Shown here piece by piece: positions 5,427 through 13,437 of a stretch of DNA of 18,079 nucleotides. Under the pieces are notes generated by a model that saw only the letters and a list, made by a program, of their open reading frames with translations, was not told the origin of the DNA and made no database searches. This stretch comes from a virus. Both the position numbers and the translations under genes were made by a program. The DNA lies in the IMG/VR virus record IMGVR_UViG_3300045988_024913. One strand, given 5' to 3'. How positions within the stretch are numbered: position 1 is the first letter of the stretch; each line of letters begins with the position of its first letter.

Positions 5427-7163
5427 ATGCCGACTACTCCAGTGGTGACGCCGAAGCAGCAGCTTCGACCGCTCACCGAATTTAACAACGCGCAGATTCT
5501 CAACATGATTCGCAATGAGGCATCTCCCGAGTACCAGCGGCGTATGCCAAGTGCGACTCAAATGAACATGGACAGGCAGATGGCCACCCTCATGTCGTCC
5601 ACTCAGCTGAAGAACGAGTTTTACTCGGCCTTGGTGAACCGTATCGGCGGCACCTATGTGAACACATGGCGCTGGAATAATCCACTCACCGTGTTCCAGC
5701 GCGCATCTCAGGCGTATGGCGACACGTGGCAGGAAATCGCCGTAGGTATGCCACTCGCACAAGTGTACGACCCGGACGCGGAGTACTTGGGCGCGGATAA
5801 TTTCCGCAAGTGGAAAATCGACGTGGACAGCCTCTATCATCGGCTTGACTTCACTCACTTCTACCCCGTCACCACGGAAGATAAGACGCTCCAGCGTGCC
5901 TTCACCTCCGAAAACGGTTTGGCCTCGCTCACCTCGCAGATTCTCACATCCTGTTACAATGCGGCTGAGGTTGACTTGTTCGAGGCCATGTGTCACCAGT
6001 TCGTCGAGTATGCGAAACTCGGCGGATATTGGCGTGTCCACATGGGGCACGACCTTAACGACATGGGCAGTTCGGAAACGGACGCCCGCGACATGTTGCG
6101 CCAGATTCGCGCATGGGCTGACACGCTGAAATTTGTATCCACTCGGTACAATGCGCGTCACATGCCGACGTTCGCCCGCCCCGACGAACTCGTGCTGTTC
6201 TGCTCGCCCGAAGTCAAGTCGGCGCTTGACGTGCAGGGTCTGGCGACCGTGTTCCAGCGTACGGACGCGGAACCGACCATTGACCGGATTATCGTCATCC
6301 CACAAGACAGGTTCGGCATGGACGGCGTGCAAGCCATCCTGACCACTGACAAATTCCTCATCGATATTCCCGTCATCAATGAGATGACCCAGCAGACGAA
6401 CCCGGTTAACATCAATTCGGTCAACCATTACTTGCACGTCCAACACATCATTTCGGTGTCTGGTTTCGCCCCCGCCGTCATGTTCTGGACTGGAGAGGGT
6501 TCCACCGCGAAAATGGTGCCGCCTACCGGTACGACGGCCAAGACGCCGACCTTCCAACTCAAACTTGCCATGTACGGTGGTGGCACATCCACCCCGTCGA
6601 ATGTGGCGCGTGGCGGAGCGGTGCAGGTCGTTGCCGATACGTCCATCACCAATGACGGTACGGCCACGTTCCGCTCGAATGCGGTCGAGTATCGTATCGG
6701 CGACACTGTCAAGCCCAAGAGCGATTACACCTATATTTCGCCGACCGGCGTGCTCGTGGTCGGTCTTGACGAACCAAACACCACTATTCCGGTCACGGCC
6801 ACCGCCCTATATACGAACCCGACGACGCCGGAAGTGCCGGGCACCGTGTCCGCCGCCCTGAACGTGCCGGTGGTTGGCGATGGTGTCATCGGATTCAACC
6901 CGTCCATCGTCGCGTCGATTGCCGTCAATGTTTCGAAAGTGACCGTGGGCCATACGGTGCAGGCGACTGCCGTAGCGACCATGATTGACGGGCGAACCGC
7001 CGACGTGACCGCTCAAGCCGCATGGACATCCGGCACCCCGGCCAACGCCACCGTATCCGAGTCCGGCGTGGTGACTGGAATCAAGGAGGGCAGTTCTGAT
7101 ATCACCGCCACGCTGTTCGGCGTATCCGGTAAGAAGAGCGTGACCGTGACAGCGGCCGCGTGA
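5427..7163 (+). CDS. Major capsid protein (phi29 gp8-like) with C-terminal Ig-like (Big_2-type) domain(s), 578 aa
   Basis: ATG 5427 follows GAAAGGAAA. NEFYSALVNRIG, FYPVTTEDKTLQRAF and ILTSCYNAAEVDLFEAM parallel phi29 gp8 NDFITSLVDRIG, FYHQTIQDDSLKTAF and IINAIYNSAEVDEYEYM. The C-terminus ATVSESGVVTGIKEGSSDITATLFGVSGKKSVTVTA is a typical Big_2 signature. Confidence 0.9.
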   Translation: MPTTPVVTPKQQLRPLTEFNNAQILNMIRNEASPEYQRRMPSATQMNMDRQMATLMSSTQLKNEFYSALVNRIGGTYVNTWRWNNPLTVFQRASQAYGDTWQEIAVGMPLAQVYDPDAEYLGADNFRKWKIDVDSLYHRLDFTHFYPVTTEDKTLQRAFTSENGLASLTSQILTSCYNAAEVDLFEAMCHQFVEYAKLGGYWRVHMGHDLNDMGSSETDARDMLRQIRAWADTLKFVSTRYNARHMPTFARPDELVLFCSPEVKSALDVQGLATVFQRTDAEPTIDRIIVIPQDRFGMDGVQAILTTDKFLIDIPVINEMTQQTNPVNINSVNHYLHVQHIISVSGFAPAVMFWTGEGSTAKMVPPTGTTAKTPTFQLKLAMYGGGTSTPSNVARGGAVQVVADTSITNDGTATFRSNAVEYRIGDTVKPKSDYTYISPTGVLVVGLDEPNTTIPVTATALYTNPTTPEVPGTVSAALNVPVVGDGVIGFNPSIVASIAVNVSKVTVGHTVQATAVATMIDGRTADVTAQAAWTSGTPANATVSESGVVTGIKEGSSDITATLFGVSGKKSVTVTAAA

Positions 7164-7169
7164 TATAAT
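7161..7169 (+). promoter_or_regulatory. Perfect extended -10 element TGATATAAT overlapping the capsid gene stop codon
   Basis: The TGnTATAAT consensus occupies 7161-7169; its TGA is the capsid gene stop. The predicted start near 7176 falls within the first downstream hairpin (7170-7197). Confidence 0.45.
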
Positions 7170-7197
7170 GAGAGGGTGGCCGGTTGGCTACCCTCTC
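7170..7197 (+). terminator. Stem-loop 1 after the capsid gene
   Basis: GAGAGGGTGGCC ggtt GGCTACCCTCTC forms a 12-bp stem (one G-T wobble) with a 4-nt loop. Confidence 0.5.
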
Positions 7198-7216
7198 TCA
7201 CGGCGAGATGCAATAC

Positions 7217-7255
7217 AAGGCCCGGAGCGCAAGCCACGTGAGCGCTCCGGGCCTT
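7217..7255 (+). terminator. Stem-loop 2 after the capsid gene
   Basis: AAGGCCCGGAGCGC (7217-7230) pairs with GCGCTCCGGGCCTT (7242-7255). This is a 14-bp perfect stem with an 11-nt loop and no clear U tract. Confidence 0.5.
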
Positions 7256-7274
7256 GCCATATGAAAGGGATAGT

Positions 7275-9524
7275 ATGCTGAGAGATATCAACCCTAACGT
7301 CGAGGCGACGTTTAACTGGGCTCAATGGACGCCCAACACGTCACTGAAACTCTGTAACGTGCCGTGGGATAGTAGTTACCGTGACCTAGCCCGGTTCGAA
7401 TCACCGCAGAAACAACAGGAATGGTTCGACCGACGGCCCGGCATTGACAGGGTACATGGAGTCATGCACATGTTCGGCCAACCCGTGCGCGTCGAACTGC
7501 CATTTAACGAGGCGTCCAACTACAACTATGTCGTGGTGTATAACGATTACCCCGATTTGGAGGCGCCACGGTATTGGTATTATTTCATCAACCACGTGGA
7601 TTACATCAATGCGTACACTACTCAGCTCACTGTGCAGTTGGACGTTTGGCAGTCGTTCCAGCATGTACTTAGGTTCGGTTCATGCTATGTGGTGCGAGGC
7701 CATATCGGCATTGCCAACGAAAACCAGATGACCGATTATGGCCGCAGTTATCTCGCACTACCCGAAGGGCTGGACACCGGTAGCGAAATGGTGACGGTAA
7801 ACCAACGATACAAGTCTCTTATCAGCATGGACGGGAAAAATCTGAGTTACGGCGTAATAGTCGTGAGCACGGTAGATTTGTCAGCGGACGCGGGCAGTCA
7901 GGGAAAACCGTCTCTCACTACTGCGGGCGGCTCTCTTTTCGAGAACATGGCTAACGGTGCTGAAATACTGTACTTTAAGGATATCCAGTCTATCCAAGTG
8001 TTTATGGGAGTGGGCTCTACTTTTTCATGGATAACACAGGGTATTGTAAACATGTACATGATACCCTCTTTAGATGATGACTTTCTTAAGCAATCCGGCT
8101 ATGTCGTAGATAAGCTGTTTGGGAAAACACTCCCTTCGGAATTAAATAATCGTATCTACCGTTTCCCCCAGTCGGCCACAAATGCGCCCAGCAGATATGA
8201 AGACATTATTACCATTAATGATTTTCGTGATAATTTTAATATCCCTGAACGTTATAAAAACCTTAAAAAACTCAAATGCTACCCCTATTCTACTGTTGAA
8301 TGCACTTGCTTGAATGGTACTAATATCACCTATAAGCCCGAAAATATCCAAAGCGATAATCTGGTTATTAGAGAGGTGCATAATTACGCGCCCAATGGCG
8401 CGCGCTTGAACTTTTACCCGGTTGGGTACAATAAGGCGGGTGCAAGCGAGATTGCTCCTCTTGGTAAAAACAATGGGTTGCCCATTGATAGCGGGGAAAT
8501 GTTGGACGCCGCGTTTGGCATCAGCAATTTCCCTCAATTTGTGATAGTCAACAATGGCGCCCAGTTGGCAATGGCAAACAGTGCCTACACTCGTTCCTAC
8601 AGTCAACAGTCCGCCGACTGGGCATACCAAAAAGCGCAGATGGGCATCAGTCAGTCTCTTGCGGCCACGGCCATGCAAAACCAGTACAACACCCAAGCCA
8701 ACAAACTCGCTATCGGCAACCGCAACGCCAATAACGCAATTCAAGCGACAGCTCTTAACACCGGTCTGGATAACACGACGTATATCAACAATCAGCGAGC
8801 CGACCTAGCCCAGCTAAACAACGTGGCAAACGGTGTAATCGGGGTGGTGGGTAACGCCGCTTCGGGCAATGTCGGGGGCGCGGTATCGGCATTAGGCGGG
8901 GCGGTCATGAATGGTGTCAACACTGAAGCAAACCGCAGTATCAACAATACCGCCGCCCAACTTTCCACGGCGAACTCGCTGAGTACCAACGCGGCCACAA
9001 CAAGTCAGGCCAACACATACGGTTCTCAGACTACAGCGCTTTCAAACCAGTTGGCCCAAAACATGGCGGACATGAACGCGGATTACGCGCAACGTTCCGC
9101 GTTCGGCGACTATCAAAACACCATTGCGGGCATCAATGCACAGGTACAGCAGATGCAATTAACACCCCCGACCACCTCCGGTGCCATCGGCGGAGACGGT
9201 TTTAACCTCGCGAACGGTATTGTCGGGGTGTTGGTCCGATTTAAGACGTGCGCACCCTCAGCTCTGCGGAGCGTCGGAGAGTACATGTTACGTTACGGGT
9301 ATTTTATCCAGCGTTTCATCACGCCGCCGCAATCGCTGGAATGTATGACAAAATTCACGTACTGGCAGATGCAAGAGTGTTACGTGCGAGGTGATTTGCC
9401 CGAGCAGTATCGACAGACCATTAAAGGCGTGTTCGAGTCTGGGGCTACTATATGGACTAACCCGGATGATATCGGCGTGACCGATTGGGCGGATAACGAC
9501 CCATTGCCGGGCATCTCATTCTAG
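7275..9524 (+). CDS. Tail knob protein (phi29 gp9-like), 749 aa
   Basis: ATG 7275 follows AAAGGGA; the track start 7254 lies inside hairpin 2. CNVPWDSSYRD, RYWYYFINHVDYINAYTTQLTVQLDVWQSF, KCYPYSTVECT and MLRYGYFIQR...GATIWTNPDDIG parallel phi29 gp9 [55 protein letters not shown] and FHKYGYKINR...GITLWHTDNIG. Confidence 0.85.
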   Translation: MLRDINPNVEATFNWAQWTPNTSLKLCNVPWDSSYRDLARFESPQKQQEWFDRRPGIDRVHGVMHMFGQPVRVELPFNEASNYNYVVVYNDYPDLEAPRYWYYFINHVDYINAYTTQLTVQLDVWQSFQHVLRFGSCYVVRGHIGIANENQMTDYGRSYLALPEGLDTGSEMVTVNQRYKSLISMDGKNLSYGVIVVSTVDLSADAGSQGKPSLTTAGGSLFENMANGAEILYFKDIQSIQVFMGVGSTFSWITQGIVNMYMIPSLDDDFLKQSGYVVDKLFGKTLPSELNNRIYRFPQSATNAPSRYEDIITINDFRDNFNIPERYKNLKKLKCYPYSTVECTCLNGTNITYKPENIQSDNLVIREVHNYAPNGARLNFYPVGYNKAGASEIAPLGKNNGLPIDSGEMLDAAFGISNFPQFVIVNNGAQLAMANSAYTRSYSQQSADWAYQKAQMGISQSLAATAMQNQYNTQANKLAIGNRNANNAIQATALNTGLDNTTYINNQRADLAQLNNVANGVIGVVGNAASGNVGGAVSALGGAVMNGVNTEANRSINNTAAQLSTANSLSTNAATTSQANTYGSQTTALSNQLAQNMADMNADYAQRSAFGDYQNTIAGINAQVQQMQLTPPTTSGAIGGDGFNLANGIVGVLVRFKTCAPSALRSVGEYMLRYGYFIQRFITPPQSLECMTKFTYWQMQECYVRGDLPEQYRQTIKGVFESGATIWTNPDDIGVTDWADNDPLPGISF

Positions 9525-9533
9525 TGCTATACT
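9525..9533 (+). promoter_or_regulatory. Near-consensus extended -10 TGCTATACT, 7 nt before the portal start codon
   Basis: TGnTATAcT occupies 9525-9533. ATG 9540 has no SD upstream (ctagagac), so a transcript starting at or near the ATG (leaderless) is conceivable. Confidence 0.3.
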
Positions 9534-9539
9534 AGAGAC

Positions 9540-10496
9540 ATGTCTAGGTCGAGGAAAAATCAGAATCGCAGGGGCGGCGCGTTGCACCCGCGTGGCAATT
9601 ACGCCAAGGCGCGCGCCGCCGACCTTGACGCAATGTACTATCACTTGTTAACTGAACTGGCACTGAACCGGTTCAGTTGGCGGGGGCTACCGCCAACAGT
9701 GGATGAACGATGGCTGGAAATGTGTCTGTGTGAATACGGGTGCGCGTTGTTTTTCGAGGACAAGCGTATAGGCCGGTTCCTCGTAACACAGGCCGGCTAT
9801 CAAGGCCGATTGAATGTGTATAATAATCCGACGTGTTTCGAGCCGGTGGGCGTCAACTACCATTACAAGCAACTCAAGGCGGGCCGTGAATGCATCCCGA
9901 TTTGGGACAATCGGATGCGCATGAGTTTCAAAGATATCTTATGGCAGTATGCGAGACGCCTTGCCGACATTGACAAGGCATATGATGTGAACTTGGAGAG
10001 CCTGAAACTGCCGACCATCATCACCGCCGACCCGCGCACCAAGCTCACCGTGCAAAACATGCTCCAGCAAAGGCAGGACGGCCAAGACTATATCATCGGA
10101 TATGACTCCCTCGACCCCGGTAGCATGTTCCAGCCGTGGCCCAACACTACACCGTATCTGCTGGACAAGTTTATCCAGCAAAAAACTCAGGTGACTAACG
10201 AGGTATTGGGGTATCTCGGTATCCAGTCCAGTGGTACCGAGAAAAAAGAACGGCTTATTTCCGATGAGGTGGCGCAGGCCAATGAGAAAACGGACGTGTT
10301 CCGGTTGAGTTTTCTCAAGGCTCGGCAGACGGCGGCGACTGAGATTAACCGGCTGTGGCCGCAACTTAACATCTGGGTTGAGTATGCGGACGCGCAAAGC
10401 TCCGGCGTGCCGAACGCGCTGGACTCCAGCGCAAGCGGTACGACGGATATTGATATGCCCGCGTCGTATGACGCGGGTATTGGAGGTGTATTGTGA
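9540..10496 (+). CDS. Head-tail connector / portal (upper collar) protein (phi29 gp10-like), 318 aa
   Basis: FSWRGLPPTVDERWLE, YLGIQSSGTEKKERLISDEVAQANEK and FLKARQTAATEINRLW parallel phi29 gp10 [42 protein letters not shown] and FLKSREEACEKINELY. The length is similar (318 vs 309 aa). Confidence 0.93.
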   Translation: MSRSRKNQNRRGGALHPRGNYAKARAADLDAMYYHLLTELALNRFSWRGLPPTVDERWLEMCLCEYGCALFFEDKRIGRFLVTQAGYQGRLNVYNNPTCFEPVGVNYHYKQLKAGRECIPIWDNRMRMSFKDILWQYARRLADIDKAYDVNLESLKLPTIITADPRTKLTVQNMLQQRQDGQDYIIGYDSLDPGSMFQPWPNTTPYLLDKFIQQKTQVTNEVLGYLGIQSSGTEKKERLISDEVAQANEKTDVFRLSFLKARQTAATEINRLWPQLNIWVEYADAQSSGVPNALDSSASGTTDIDMPASYDAGIGGVL

Positions 10497-10729
10497 TGAT
10501 GACTTGTGACACTATGGTGAGACTCGTCCATGAAATGTATGAAATCGCCGATAAAATCAGTGAGGCCGAATATGCTCTATATAGCTATGAAACGGGGGAC
10601 TTGTCCATGTCCAGCCGTGCTGCGGAGCTGCTGAAAAAACAAGTTGTTGCAATGAAAGCATATCATGATATCATCGCCGCACGTATTAGCCACCAAGCGG
10701 AGGGGGCCACGTATGGCACAGAGTTTTAG
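10496..10729 (+). CDS. Small hypothetical protein (77 aa), predicted helical
   Basis: ATG 10496 shares its A with the portal stop TGA (GTGATG) and follows GGAGGTG at 10483-10489. No family recognised. Confidence 0.5.
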   Translation: MMTCDTMVRLVHEMYEIADKISEAEYALYSYETGDLSMSSRAAELLKKQVVAMKAYHDIIAARISHQAEGATYGTEF

Positions 10730-11507
10730 CGCCTATGCGATGGAAACGCCGGGGGAGTACACGGAAACCCTCGGCAATCTCATTGCGTTCGGATACGACA
10801 CGGATACCAAACTGCATCTCAGCGCCGACTATTACCCGATTTATGATGAATCACATCGTGCGGAATTGAACAAGAAAATCGTCCGCCATTACGCGCTTAG
10901 GGAGATTGGTCAGGAAACCGCCCAGCAGTTCATTTTTTACTTGGGAATGACGATGGCGGAAATCATGCCATATTTTAATGAGCGCTACAGGACGCTAGCG
11001 TTGAAATATGACCCATTGAACACTATGGAAATGGTCAGTGAAAGCCTATCCAATACTGTAGCCCAGTCCAGCGGCAAAACCAGCGCCTCTCAGGATAGTG
11101 AGACCCGAAGCTCCTCGGACGGCACCAGCTCAAGTAGCACCAAGTCCCAGTCTTACGACTCAGAAGTGCCCGCAACCGGCGTGCAAGGTGATTTTGCTCG
11201 ATACGCGACCCATGCCAATCAGGCGCAAGCGGATACGGACGGCAGTAGCCATAGCACGCAAGATACCTCTTCTCAGTCCCATAGTACATCCAGCACGGAA
11301 TGGCAACACGACGCCACAGATGGGAACACCAAATCCCACACGTCGGGCCGCTCCCAGTCCGCCATGAGCCTCATCCAAGAGTACCGGAATGCGATTATTA
11401 ATGTGGACATGGAAATCGTGCGGAGTCTCGAACCGTGTTTCATGCAAGTATGGGGCTCGTATGATACTATTTTCAGTAACTGCCATAATTATGGAGAACG
11501 GGAGTGA
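10713..11507 (+). CDS. Lower collar protein (phi29 gp11-like), 264 aa
   Basis: ATG 10713 follows GGAGGGGG; the track start 10665 lacks an SD. YPIYDESHRAELNKKIVRHYALREIGQETAQQFIFYLGMTMAEIMPYFNERY matches my recollection of the conserved N-terminal signature of lower collar proteins in small podoviruses. The position after the connector gene agrees. Confidence 0.7.
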   Translation: MAQSFSAYAMETPGEYTETLGNLIAFGYDTDTKLHLSADYYPIYDESHRAELNKKIVRHYALREIGQETAQQFIFYLGMTMAEIMPYFNERYRTLALKYDPLNTMEMVSESLSNTVAQSSGKTSASQDSETRSSSDGTSSSSTKSQSYDSEVPATGVQGDFARYATHANQAQADTDGSSHSTQDTSSQSHSTSSTEWQHDATDGNTKSHTSGRSQSAMSLIQEYRNAIINVDMEIVRSLEPCFMQVWGSYDTIFSNCHNYGERE

Positions 11508-11513
11508 TTAATC

Positions 11514-12143
11514 ATGTCAGTCAATGCCCTTGTGCCACGCGCCTATCCACTGGCACGTATTCCCACGTCGGTTCCTTTCACGTACCGGGACGGGTTGACC
11601 ACGCTCCAATTGATTGAGTGCATCCGGTGTAATCTTGACGATTTGCAGTCTGATTTTAATACACTGGTAGAGCAGGTGAATCAATCGATTACGGACAATA
11701 ACGCCGCCGTCCAGCAGATTGCCGATGACCTCGTTAAGCAAATGGCCATCCTACGCGACGAACTCATCCGGCTTATCGAGCAATCACAGTCCACCGGATT
11801 AGCGTGGTCGCCAGTATATGGCAGACAAGACGCTCTGCAAACGGTGCTTGACGGCATGTATGACAATACCCGTAATCATGCGCTGTTCTGGGCTGATTAC
11901 GACAATATGGAATTAGAAGCGTCCATGTATGACGCGCTCGACTTGACCGCACGCGAATATGACCTACGCGCAACTGCCGTCGATAATTGCGTTCCCGGCG
12001 ATTTTCCGGGACGTTCGCAATTCCCTTACGGTAGGAGTATCCCCGAAAGCAAACCCGCTGACATTTATCTGACACGCGGAGATGCTGATAGTATGTTTGT
12101 GCGGCGCAATCCCACCGCACAAAATTTCGATAGCAAGGAGTGA
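11514..12143 (+). CDS. Structural (tail or appendage-associated) protein of unknown function, 209 aa
   Basis: ATG 11514 follows GGGAG. It lies between the collar and fibre genes and has a central predicted coiled-coil segment (LVEQVNQSITDNNAAVQQIADDLVKQMAILRDELIRLIEQ). Confidence 0.45.
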   Translation: MSVNALVPRAYPLARIPTSVPFTYRDGLTTLQLIECIRCNLDDLQSDFNTLVEQVNQSITDNNAAVQQIADDLVKQMAILRDELIRLIEQSQSTGLAWSPVYGRQDALQTVLDGMYDNTRNHALFWADYDNMELEASMYDALDLTAREYDLRATAVDNCVPGDFPGRSQFPYGRSIPESKPADIYLTRGDADSMFVRRNPTAQNFDSKE

Positions 12144-12149
12144 TGAAAA

Positions 12150-12509
12150 ATGACCGCAACCAAACATACTGCAAACTACAATCTAAGCCAGTTCGAACCG
12201 ACCGACCGGCCTACATGGCAGGGCGATTACAACGGAGATATGAAAAAAATTGACACGGCGCTTCACGGCATCACGTCGTCGGGCGGATTGCGTGAAGTCG
12301 CCGTGTCCGCGCCACTGTCCGGCAAGGGCACCAGCAGCTCGCCTATCGCCATTGACTTGAGCGGCTACGCCACCAAGTCCGCCCTCACTTCCGGCCTTGC
12401 GGGCAAGGCGGATAAAACCGCATCGGCTCCGGAAACCAAGGGGCTGACCGCCAGTCAACTGGATTCGCTTTGGGTGGACGATAACGGAATCGTCCGATTC
12501 GCGGCATGA
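12150..12509 (+). CDS. Short tail-fibre-like protein (119 aa) sharing its N-terminal module with the next gene
   Basis: ATG 12150 follows AAGGAG. The N-terminus HTANYNLSQFEPTDRPTWQGDYNGDMKKIDTAL is paralogous to 12537..13436 and resembles the N-terminal docking motif of Gram-positive phage fibres. Confidence 0.5.
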   Translation: MTATKHTANYNLSQFEPTDRPTWQGDYNGDMKKIDTALHGITSSGGLREVAVSAPLSGKGTSSSPIAIDLSGYATKSALTSGLAGKADKTASAPETKGLTASQLDSLWVDDNGIVRFAA

Positions 12510-12515
12510 TATTAT
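12507..12515 (+). promoter_or_regulatory. Near-consensus extended -10 TGATATTAT overlapping a stop codon (weak call)
   Basis: TGnTATtAT occupies 12507-12515. The predicted start would fall within the downstream SD GGAGGAGG, which argues against function. Confidence 0.2.
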
Positions 12516-12536
12516 TGACGGAGGAGGTATCTTATC

Positions 12537-13436
12537 ATGTCCAGTATCAACAAAACCCCGCACTATAATCTCAGCCAGTTCGGTGACAGCCCGGACGATA
12601 AACCGTCATGGCGCGGCGACTACACTGCGGATATGAGCAAGATCGACTCGCAGATGTATCGTAATGAAACGGACGCGACAACCGCAGCAAGTACCGCCAA
12701 TACGGCGAAAAGCACGGCGGATAACGCTCTATCGTTGGCGCAAACCAATAAGAGTGATATTGCCGAACATGCGTCGTATTTTACCGCGCTTGGCGTGACC
12801 TCGGAATCGACCGCACAAGCGCTTATGTCCACCATTAACGGTAAGGCGGAAAACACCGCGTTGACCACACTGCAAGGCACGGTGTCTTCTCTATCCAGCA
12901 CGGTCGACACCAAGGCGAACACGTCCGACGTGTACACCAAGAGTCAGGCCGACGCCCGATACACCCAGCAAGGGGGGTACGCTGGGACTGCCTCCACGAT
13001 TTATGAGATGGCGAGCGGGGCACAATCCAGCATTACTAGCCTCCAGTCAACCGGGGTCGCCCCGATTCAAGTCGTAAGTCAAAACGTGCTGACAGACTAT
13101 TTCGCAAACGGAGCTTGTGTGCTCACCGCGTATTATTCACCAATCTCTCGCATGATACACATCATGCTCAGGGTCGGGGCAGCAGAGGGAACCGGCGTAA
13201 CGCCAAAAAAGGCGTACCCCGGTAATCTGAGTACAAAAATAGCGACTATCGAGGAGCAGTATAGGCCCACTGTTTCGATTCAATCGCCCACGCAGCCGAT
13301 ATCTAACCCGGGCTCATTAAGTAACATTTTGGTAATGCCGACAGGCGAAATCAAGTTTTGGGGCGGTTCAAGCGGATTGTCAACATCAGCTTCAATCAAC
13401 GCAACTTTCCAGACAAGCTACTTTATTGTCCGCTGA
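12537..13436 (+). CDS. Tail fibre / receptor-binding protein candidate (299 aa)
   Basis: ATG 12537 follows GGAGGAGG. The N-terminus KTPHYNLSQFGDSPDDKPSWRGDYTADMSKIDSQM is followed by an A/T/S-rich, probably coiled-coil shaft and a distinct C-terminal domain. Confidence 0.6.
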   Translation: MSSINKTPHYNLSQFGDSPDDKPSWRGDYTADMSKIDSQMYRNETDATTAASTANTAKSTADNALSLAQTNKSDIAEHASYFTALGVTSESTAQALMSTINGKAENTALTTLQGTVSSLSSTVDTKANTSDVYTKSQADARYTQQGGYAGTASTIYEMASGAQSSITSLQSTGVAPIQVVSQNVLTDYFANGACVLTAYYSPISRMIHIMLRVGAAEGTGVTPKKAYPGNLSTKIATIEEQYRPTVSIQSPTQPISNPGSLSNILVMPTGEIKFWGGSSGLSTSASINATFQTSYFIVR

Positions 13437-13437
13437 C

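Noticed and set aside
5373-6557. A 394-aa ORF on the - strand, antisense to the major capsid gene.
   Set aside because: The + strand frame has clear similarity to phi29 gp8. The antisense product is Arg/Gly/His-rich, has no SD, and is typical of spurious antisense ORFs in GC-rich coding DNA.
8142-8744. A 200-aa - strand ORF inside the tail knob gene, and similar antisense ORFs at 13652..14245, 13606..13995, 9939..10397 and 11773..12174.
   Set aside because: All lie antisense to + strand genes with recognisable homology or strong SD and packing signals. They show no start-site signals and have low-complexity or Arg-rich composition.
9819-9824. Additional TATAAT hexamers inside genes (9819-9824, 12564-12569 and around 15237-15242).
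   Set aside because: None has the TG dinucleotide at the correct extended -10 spacing. All are inside coding regions, away from gene junctions, so I did not count them as promoter candidates.
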